A program made the translations under genes and the position numbers. This document shows positions 49,068 to 57,309 of a stretch of 57,309 nucleotides of DNA, piece after piece; positions within the stretch are counted from its first letter, which is position 1; every line of letters starts with the position of its first letter. Origin of the DNA: Bacteroidales bacterium (GTDB lineage Bacteria > Bacteroidota > Bacteroidia > Bacteroidales > CAIWKO01); NCBI GenBank assembly GCA_035389045.1, contig DAOORA010000022.1, positions 1 through 57,309 on the forward strand. The letters run 5' to 3'. Under the pieces are notes generated by a model. The model saw only the letters and a program-made list of their open reading frames with translations. It did not search any database and was not told the DNA's origin.

Positions 49068-50138
49068 TTATCGATTTGCACTATCCACATCGACAAGTTT
49101 ATATGCTTTATTCCCCATTTTGAGTGCTGCAGCATAGTCGATCTGGTGTTTTCCGCTGGGATTACCTGCTTTAACAAAAGCATCATCACAGGCACAGGCA
49201 TTGTCCACCATGTCGTGGCTGGCTTTTTCGATGGCGACAATATCCATTGATACGAGGATGCCAATATCCTCAAGGAATGGTTTGGGTGCAAAACTTGCAC
49301 AATCGCATGACCTTGAAATATTGGCAAGAACATTTATATAGATCATTTTTTTCTGCCCGATCAATACCCTGGCATACTCGACCAGGTGTTCCAGAAAAAC
49401 GATTTCCTGGGCAGAGCCCCTGGCCACAGAAAAAGACTGCACGGGACAGGTGCTGATACATTTACCGCATCCGATACACTTACTCCTGTCAATGGTCAGG
49501 GGATCGAGCGTAATGGCCCCTGCAGGACATTCTTTTACACAAGCCCCGCATTTCATACATTTGTCCGGATGAGTTGTCGGGACATCATTAGCGTGTAAGG
49601 CTCTCTTGCCTTCTACAGAAGCCAGCCCCATGCTTACATTTTTAATGGCACCTCCGAAGCCCGCACTGCCATGGCCTTTGAAATGCGAACATATCACGTA
49701 AGTATCGTAATTAAAAAAATGCGATCCGGTCAGAATCTTTTTATAATGTTTAGTGTTAATATCCAGTGCAGTATCTTTTTCTGAATCTAAAATATCAATA
49801 GGGGCATAGGTAAATCCATGTTCTTTGGCTAATTTTATATGAGATTCCGTATATCGTCTTTTGCTTACGTATAACACATTGGTTTCAACCAGTGTGGCAT
49901 TGAGTTTCTGAACCAGCGGTTTCATCAGTTCCGGAGACAGATAGTTTTTGTTGCCTTCCTCGCCAAAATGCACCTTAAACGCAATATTACCATTGGCTTC
50001 GGCTTCCACATATGAAAAAACTTTTAACAGGCCTTCGGGGCTGATGTCTTTCGTAAAGTATACAATGGAGCTATCGGACTGTCCAAAAACCCTTGTAATA
50101 AATAAGATTCCAATAAAAAAAAGAGTAATTTTTTTCAC
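49068..50138 (-). CDS. DUF362 protein with a 2x[4Fe-4S] ferredoxin domain
   Basis: KVHFGE.GN, SHFKGH..AGFGGAIKN..MG, CMKCGACVKECP, CIGCGKCISTCP, CDC; GTG start at 50138 inferred. Confidence 0.85.
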   Translation of the reverse strand: MKKITLFFIGILFITRVFGQSDSSIVYFTKDISPEGLLKVFSYVEAEANGNIAFKVHFGEEGNKNYLSPELMKPLVQKLNATLVETNVLYVSKRRYTESHIKLAKEHGFTYAPIDILDSEKDTALDINTKHYKKILTGSHFFNYDTYVICSHFKGHGSAGFGGAIKNVSMGLASVEGKRALHANDVPTTHPDKCMKCGACVKECPAGAITLDPLTIDRSKCIGCGKCISTCPVQSFSVARGSAQEIVFLEHLVEYARVLIGQKKMIYINVLANISRSCDCASFAPKPFLEDIGILVSMDIVAIEKASHDMVDNACACDDAFVKAGNPSGKHQIDYAAALKMGNKAYKLVDVDSANR

Positions 50139-50211
50139 CTGTAACGTATATATAAATTTATCCGGCAAATTTAGCAGATTTCTAACATTCAACGGTTATA
50201 TCCCACATCTG

Positions 50212-52587
50212 TCATTTCTGTTTCTTATCAATGATTTCGAAATTCAGCGACAGCCGCTGGCCTTTTTGGTCTACCAGGGTGATTTTGTGGTTGCCGGCAC
50301 AGGGGGCAAGCCCCATCTGATGAAAATCACGGGTAATTCCAATAAAGGCATCATCAAGGTACCAGAATATTTTTGTTCCCGTTATCCGGTGAGCTGCTTT
50401 AAACACCACTTTTTCCCGTTCGCCGTTAAGGTCAACAGGCAAATAAATACGGCTGTTGTTTTTCGGGTAGATCATATCGATGCCGGCGGTCTCATTTTCG
50501 TGAGGCAGGCAGTCTTCGCGGTAGGGCGGCAGCATTTTATAGAACGGGTTTTTCGATTTATAAAAATATTCCATAACAGGAGGCAGCACAAACCATTTCT
50601 GAAACTGCATATTGGATACCGATTCACATTCACTGTTCACCCTCCATTGTCCGCCGGCATCCAGTTGTATCATCTGATGGTAAGGACATCCGGGCGTTTT
50701 TGTTCCGTTTTTCGGCACCCATACTGTATCCGCGAGTTCACACACCGATATTGCCCTGAAGCCGCTGTGCCTGCACACCGCCATTTGAATCATGTCATCG
50801 TATGGCGCATAAAACCATCCTTGTGGTTTCAACGACTTAAAGACTTCGAACATTACCGGTGCGGCATAGGTCAGGCCTGTCATTCCCGGGCGGCCTTCCC
50901 CGTCGGAATTCCCCACCCATACGGCAACTACATAGTCAGGATTTACACCTATGGCCCACGCATCACGGCTTCCATAACTGGTGCCTGTTTTCCATGCTAT
51001 CTTCGCCGAAGAAGAATATTGCTGCCACTCCATGTCCTCATCCGGCCTGGAAACTTCGTTCATGGCTTCGAAAGTAAACCAGATGGAGGATGCGTTCAAT
51101 ACGGAATTTTTATCTCTACCCTGGCTTTTCTTTTCCTGTTCTTTATAAATGTACCCGGCAGGATGAAAATCGTTTTTATCGTAAAGTGAATTATAATTTT
51201 GATAATGATTGAGTGTCCGCGCCATGCTGGCATAAGCCCCGGCCATATCCCACAGGCTGGCTTCGGCTCCACCCAGTATGATTGCCAGCCCGTAATGCGA
51301 CGGAGGCTTGTTTAGGGTAGTCAGACCAACCTTTTTCAACATATAACTGAACCGGCTGATACCGTATGATTGCAACATCTTGACCGCTGGCACGTTGAGC
51401 GAACGCGACAAAGCTCTTTTGGCAGAAACGGCCCCGTCATAGGTCAAGCTGTAGTTTTCCGGGACAAATCCTCCAAGCTGAATGGGTATGTCCGGCACAA
51501 GGGCATTGGGCAGCAACTGCCCGTCGTTGAGCATAGCCGCGTACAAAAAAGGTTTCAGGATACTGCCGGTACTCCTCGGAGAAGTGATAACATCAACATT
51601 ACATCCATATTCGGGATGCCCTGTTGCAGAGGTATTTCCCACATAGGCAAGCACATTTCCTGATTCCACCTCCAGAACCAGCACGGCTGCATTATTCACC
51701 TGGTTGGCCTTATGTTTCTCATGATAGCGTTCCACCACAGAAGAAACCATTTCCTGTAAATATACGTCGACAGTGGTTTTTACCCGCTTACCTCTGTGCC
51801 CTTCTTTTACAGCCCTGTCGAGCAGATGCATGGCTGTCTGCGGCAAAGGATAAGGTTTTCCCGGAAGGGGTTCGTTACGGGCAAGCTGTAGCTGTTCCTG
51901 TGTAATATATTTATTCAGATATAATTTCACTAAAAGTGAATTGCGTTTATGTTTTAGCTTTTCCTGATTTTTCCCGGGAAATATCAGCGCCGGACTGTTC
52001 GGCAACACCGCTAATGTTGCTGCTTCGGCCCATGACAACTGATCTGCATTTTTTCCAAAGTACCGCCATGCCGCAGCATCAATACCGACGACATTGCTTC
52101 CAAAAGGAGCATTGGCAGAATAATGCGCGAGAATTTCCTGCTTGCTGTAAGTTAGTTCAAGCCTTACAGCGAGAAAGGCCTCTATAATTTTCTCAAAAAC
52201 AGTACGGGCTTTTCCTTTTCTCGAAAGGCGTATCACCTGCATGGTTATTGTACTCCCTCCACTTACAATTTTTCCTGCTTTAACATCCTTGTATGCAGCT
52301 TTGGCCATAGAAACAGGATTCAGGCCGTTATGAACATAAAAAAAACGGTCTTCGAATAGTACCAATGCTTTTTGAAATTTTTCCGGCACCTTATCATTCG
52401 GAGGGAAACGCCATTGTCCGTCTGAGGCAATTCGTGCACCCAGTAAAACACCATGACAATCTTCCATAACCGACGATGCGGGATCCTCAAAGAGCGGCCG
52501 GGGAAGCGAAAACCCAAAAAAAACAACAAATAAAATTACCAGTATAAAACATAAATTCTTTTTACGAAATATTAATATATTTTTCAC
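50212..52587 (-). CDS. pbpC: Penicillin-binding protein 1C
   Basis: EDRFF.H.G, SGGSTITMQ, GSILKPF, SLN, KTGTS and the PBP1C C-terminal domain. Confidence 0.93.
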   Translation of the reverse strand: MKNILIFRKKNLCFILVILFVVFFGFSLPRPLFEDPASSVMEDCHGVLLGARIASDGQWRFPPNDKVPEKFQKALVLFEDRFFYVHNGLNPVSMAKAAYKDVKAGKIVSGGSTITMQVIRLSRKGKARTVFEKIIEAFLAVRLELTYSKQEILAHYSANAPFGSNVVGIDAAAWRYFGKNADQLSWAEAATLAVLPNSPALIFPGKNQEKLKHKRNSLLVKLYLNKYITQEQLQLARNEPLPGKPYPLPQTAMHLLDRAVKEGHRGKRVKTTVDVYLQEMVSSVVERYHEKHKANQVNNAAVLVLEVESGNVLAYVGNTSATGHPEYGCNVDVITSPRSTGSILKPFLYAAMLNDGQLLPNALVPDIPIQLGGFVPENYSLTYDGAVSAKRALSRSLNVPAVKMLQSYGISRFSYMLKKVGLTTLNKPPSHYGLAIILGGAEASLWDMAGAYASMARTLNHYQNYNSLYDKNDFHPAGYIYKEQEKKSQGRDKNSVLNASSIWFTFEAMNEVSRPDEDMEWQQYSSSAKIAWKTGTSYGSRDAWAIGVNPDYVVAVWVGNSDGEGRPGMTGLTYAAPVMFEVFKSLKPQGWFYAPYDDMIQMAVCRHSGFRAISVCELADTVWVPKNGTKTPGCPYHQMIQLDAGGQWRVNSECESVSNMQFQKWFVLPPVMEYFYKSKNPFYKMLPPYREDCLPHENETAGIDMIYPKNNSRIYLPVDLNGEREKVVFKAAHRITGTKIFWYLDDAFIGITRDFHQMGLAPCAGNHKITLVDQKGQRLSLNFEIIDKKQK

Positions 52588-52774
52588 AAATGATAAAGTA
52601 ATTATGTATTTGTGGTCTTATACCAAGTCTTAACGTTGAAATTCCGTTATAAAATTAATCAATACCTGATACATAAGAATAAAACCCCGGAAAATCAAAA
52701 TATATATAACTTTTTTTTAGTCAGTTACGTATTAATATTGTATTTTTTTTATCTTTGTTTAAATTAACTATAAA

Positions 52775-55426
52775 ATGCGTAAGTTTTTAACGTTTCTTTT
52801 TTCGACCTTACTGTCCTTCAGCTTTTTGTTTATTGCACAAAAGGCAAACGCACAACTTACTGTTGTTGAAGGAACTGCGCTCGGGCTGACACCTTTGGGG
52901 CTGGTTCAGCAGGTACTGGTAGGAAATGGAGTTACGGTGAGCAACGGGACATTCAATGGCACTGCCGCCAATATTTCATCCACCATGATCGGAAGATTTA
53001 ACGCCAGCGGTGCTGCTGCCACTCAGTTGGGATATAACTCGGGCATCATTATCACGTCAGGGCAAGCCTCACTTGCCATCGGACCAAATAATTCGGGAAG
53101 TTCCGGCTCCGGTGCATCTACCGGAAGTGATCCTGATCTGCAGGCGCTGGTGCCTTCACATACGGTTTATGACAAGGCCATTTTAGAATTTGATTTCATA
53201 CCCATAGCCGACACCATTAAATTTCAATATGTCTTTGGTTCGGAGGAGTTTGATGAATATTGCAATTCAAGTTATAATGATGTCTTCGGCTTTTTTGTTA
53301 GCGGCCCGGGTATTTCAGGCCCATTTTCAAATGGTGCTATCAACATTGCGCGTATGCCGAATAACCCCTCAAATTATGTAACCATAAACAATGTCTGCAA
53401 TGCCGGTGCTACGTATTCATGGTCAAACGCCGGCGGAACCTATTATCAGTACGACCGGCTTACCAAAGTATATACGGCCTGGACACTTGTCATTCCCTGC
53501 CAGACTTATCATTTAAAAATTGCTATCGGAGATTGCGGCGACAGTTCTTTTGATTCCGGTGTTTTCATAAAGGCAAACAGTTTTTCTGCTTACGGCGTCA
53601 CAGTTTCATCGTATTTTTCTGTTCCCGGTGCGGGAGATAATGCCGTGGAGGCATGCAGTGACGGATACCTCTGTTTCAGGCTTTCCAGCCCGGCAGCAGC
53701 TCCTTACACTATTCCTTTTACTATATCGGGCACGGCTACCAACGGAGTGGATTATACGTATATTCCCAACAATGTCACCGTTCCTGCCGGACAGGATTCC
53801 GTGGCCGTTGTGATACATCCTATCGTTGATGGTGTTGCTGAAGGCACTGAAACGGTGGTTTTCAATGTTCAGACTGTTGTCTGCGGCAGCGGGTCAAGCG
53901 TTACGGTAAACATCATTGATAACTCCATATTGTCGGCGGTTTCTTCCAATGACACGCTCATATGTGGCGATCCGGCCACTATCTGGGTAGATGCCACCGG
54001 AGGAATAGAACCTTATACCTATATATGGGATAACGGTGCCGGGGATTCGGCCAGTTCCGTTGTCAATCCGGCGCAAACAACCACTTATTCCTGTACGGTC
54101 ACTGATGTTTGCAGTGTCACTGCCACGGAAAGCGTTACCATCACCGTGGGCTTGCTTACTGCTGATGCCGGGCCTAATGATACGATCTGTATCGGGCAGC
54201 CTGCCTACCTGAATGCAAGCGGAGGAGCTTCTTATCTTTGGAATACGGGTGAAACCACTGCATCTATTTCGATATCACCTTCCACTACAACATCTTATTA
54301 TGTGACTGTTTACGACATGTGTGATGCCGTAGACTCTGCAGTGGTGGTGGTGAACCCGTTGCCAACCGTATCTGCTACCGCCAACCCCCAGACCTTTTAC
54401 GACGGGCAAACAAGCATCATCTGCGGCTCGGGAGGAAGTTTTTATTCCTGGACGGCAAACCCGCCGGATCCCTCATTGAATGGTCAGGCCACCCTCACAT
54501 GTCCTGTTGTTGCGCCACACGTCCCGACAACCTATATGGTAGCAGTGACCGACTCTAATGGCTGCCAGAACTATACTTCGGTGAGCGTAAACGTTTTGCC
54601 TATTTATCCGGTGGTTAATTTTACCGGTGAACCTGTGTCCGGCTGCGAACCTTTGACGGTTCATTTTACCGATCATTCAACGATGGTTGCCATTGGAGCA
54701 ACCTATTTCTGGGAGTTCGGGAACGGATTGTTTTCTTATGAACAAAACCCCCTTGCCTATTACGATACCCCCGGAACCTATGATGTAAAACTTACCGTTA
54801 CCAATCCTGTAAACCTCAGGGCATCCCTTATCCTGCAGGACTATATCACCGTGTATCCGAAACCGGACGCCATATTTTCGACCTCCCCTCAAAATTCAAC
54901 TGATATTACAGATCCAACATTCCACTTTTTTGATCACTCGCTGGGTATGCTGAATCACTGGCGCTGGGATTTCGGTGATGGTTTATACGATACGCTCCCA
55001 AACACTCATCATTGTTATTCCAACAATGATCCTTATTACCAATTCCCTGAACTGGAAGACACCGGAACCTACCTGGTTACGCTGGCTGTTACTACCATTC
55101 ATGGGTGTACCGACACCACTTCAAAATTTATTACCGTTGAACCGGCACAGCATCTTTATGTTCCTAATGCATTCACTCCCAACAATGATCCGGTAAATGA
55201 AAGGTTTTGCATTATGGGATACGGAGTCATTGAAGATAATTATAAATTAACGATTTATAACCGATGGGGGCAACTGGTATATGAAACAACGAACTTATCC
55301 GATTGCTGGGATGGCAATTATAAGGATAAACCTGCCGAAACGGAAACCTATGTCTATATAATAAGTTATATGGATTCGCGGTTTGTCCGCTATATGATGA
55401 AAGGAACTGTCACTGTTTTCAGATAA
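52775..55426 (+). CDS. Choice-of-anchor L / Calx-beta / PKD protein with gliding-motility-associated (type B T9SS) CTD
   Basis: LEFDF, YVFGSEE, YNDVFGFF, DSGVFI; PKD W.FG.G; PNAFTPNND..N, IYNRWG, WDG. Confidence 0.88.
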   Translation: MRKFLTFLFSTLLSFSFLFIAQKANAQLTVVEGTALGLTPLGLVQQVLVGNGVTVSNGTFNGTAANISSTMIGRFNASGAAATQLGYNSGIIITSGQASLAIGPNNSGSSGSGASTGSDPDLQALVPSHTVYDKAILEFDFIPIADTIKFQYVFGSEEFDEYCNSSYNDVFGFFVSGPGISGPFSNGAINIARMPNNPSNYVTINNVCNAGATYSWSNAGGTYYQYDRLTKVYTAWTLVIPCQTYHLKIAIGDCGDSSFDSGVFIKANSFSAYGVTVSSYFSVPGAGDNAVEACSDGYLCFRLSSPAAAPYTIPFTISGTATNGVDYTYIPNNVTVPAGQDSVAVVIHPIVDGVAEGTETVVFNVQTVVCGSGSSVTVNIIDNSILSAVSSNDTLICGDPATIWVDATGGIEPYTYIWDNGAGDSASSVVNPAQTTTYSCTVTDVCSVTATESVTITVGLLTADAGPNDTICIGQPAYLNASGGASYLWNTGETTASISISPSTTTSYYVTVYDMCDAVDSAVVVVNPLPTVSATANPQTFYDGQTSIICGSGGSFYSWTANPPDPSLNGQATLTCPVVAPHVPTTYMVAVTDSNGCQNYTSVSVNVLPIYPVVNFTGEPVSGCEPLTVHFTDHSTMVAIGATYFWEFGNGLFSYEQNPLAYYDTPGTYDVKLTVTNPVNLRASLILQDYITVYPKPDAIFSTSPQNSTDITDPTFHFFDHSLGMLNHWRWDFGDGLYDTLPNTHHCYSNNDPYYQFPELEDTGTYLVTLAVTTIHGCTDTTSKFITVEPAQHLYVPNAFTPNNDPVNERFCIMGYGVIEDNYKLTIYNRWGQLVYETTNLSDCWDGNYKDKPAETETYVYIISYMDSRFVRYMMKGTVTVFR

Positions 55427-55659
55427 GAAATTCTTTCTCCCTTACAACATTTTATTTGGGATTTTTTTGATGAATGCAATTATCCCAATATAAGCATCAG
55501 GAGTGCGCGAACGAATGCTTTGGCTGTCCGCCAGGTGGTGGACGACCCGGTAAATGTTTTTCTGACATTGGGGTTATGATCAATTTACTTTGTTGGTTCT
55601 GCAAGAGAAATTTTCTATTGCGGAATTGGGATTATATTCTATTTTTGCAAAAATTTTAA

Positions 55660-56685
<1,026 letters not shown>

Positions 56686-56692
56686 AAATTAC

Positions 56693-56720
56693 AAAAGAGG
56701 CAATGAGCCTCTTTTTTTTT
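56693..56720 (+). terminator. Intrinsic terminator of gap
   Basis: AAAAGAGGC-AATGA-GCCTCTTTTTTTTT. Confidence 0.8.
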
Positions 56721-56894
56721 GATTTTCTTCTTCCTGGCGGTTATATGCCATCGTTATTAAAATTGCCGGATTTTTTCATATTGCGAATACACAGTCACAA
56801 AATTCAGGAAAAAAATGAAATATTTTTTGTGCTAAATTTGTGCATATAAAAAAACAAGGGTTTCGGCAAATGTGCTGAAACCCCTTGTCATTAT

Positions 56895-56958
56895 TGGTGG
56901 GACGTACAGGATTCGTCCCGATCCCGATGGCTATCGGGGCTATCGGGACAGTGATCTC
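56895..56958 (-). pseudogene. tRNA 3'-half (Val-like) interrupted by a nested palindrome
   Basis: Minus strand GAGATCACTG-[TCCCGATAGCCCCGATAGCCATCGGGATCGGGA]-CGAATCCTGTACGTCCCACCA; Val identity is from recall only, since no anticodon is present. Confidence 0.7.
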
Positions 56959-56965
56959 AAATATA

Positions 56966-57256
56966 TTATTTTTCGGAATACTTTTCAATGAGTTTTTTGG
57001 AGATATCCTGGTGTTTTTTTAAATTTTCAATATATACTATGCTTTTCATGTTTTTGATATGCTTCTCAATTTTTCTTGCAATACTAATATCATCGCATGG
57101 TATTAAAAAGTATAGCGCCCAATCATTTGCCCTTTTTGTGTAACTATTTTTGAAAAACCCTGTATTATGCTGATCTATGCGAACATCAAGATTTTGCGTT
57201 TCCCCAACATAATATCTGTTGGCAGAGATACTGTATAGTATGTAAACATAATGCAT
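56966..57256 (-). CDS. Small stand-alone GIY-YIG nuclease
   Basis: HYVYILYS...YYVGET..L..RI.QHN.G...YT...W...A..IE..IK. Confidence 0.92.
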   Translation of the reverse strand: MHYVYILYSISANRYYVGETQNLDVRIDQHNTGFFKNSYTKRANDWALYFLIPCDDISIARKIEKHIKNMKSIVYIENLKKHQDISKKLIEKYSEK

Positions 57257-57309
57257 GGATCAATCGGAAAAGTTGAGGAGTTATTTTTTTAAGCATAAAT
57301 ATTTGATAA

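Noticed and set aside
49948..51189. 413 aa plus-strand ORF
   Set aside because: Antisense shadow of pbpC and the DUF362 gene with no recognisable motifs
56895..56958. Functional tRNA with an intron
   Set aside because: The 5' half (acceptor, D and anticodon arms) is absent; GIY-YIG coding sequence lies directly upstream

Overview
Chromosomal window from a Bacteroidota bacterium, probably an anaerobic Bacteroidales-like organism (TAnnTTTG promoters, gldH, many T9SS cargo proteins, class I fumarase). It holds about 33 protein genes: housekeeping (add, rlmN, apt, RNase H, uvrC, fumA, dtd, pbpC, gap), envelope functions and large repeat-rich secreted proteins. It also has two intact tRNAs (Thr-CGT, Leu-CAA) and many small non-autonomous palindromic elements. 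Highlights: (1) A translationally coupled operon, Rpe-CBS / KPRTS-type DAHP synthase / HTH-KdsC, mirrors the kdsD-kdsA-kdsC logic but should give a 7-carbon 3-deoxy-ulosonate (hypothesis: the D-lyxo, Dha-like sugar via threose-4-P). (2) A cassette-like array has three hairpin repeats alternating with GxxExxY nuclease genes, one intact and one deleted and mosaic; a solo hairpin of the same design lies elsewhere. (3) A GIY-YIG gene abuts a tRNA 3'-half whose T-loop carries a nested palindrome. (4) Two unrelated T9SS proteins share a ~1.4 kb dockerin/cohesin-like C-terminal module plus its terminator. No CRISPR array, prophage, integrase or intact transposase was seen. All family assignments come from motif recognition by eye, not from database searches.
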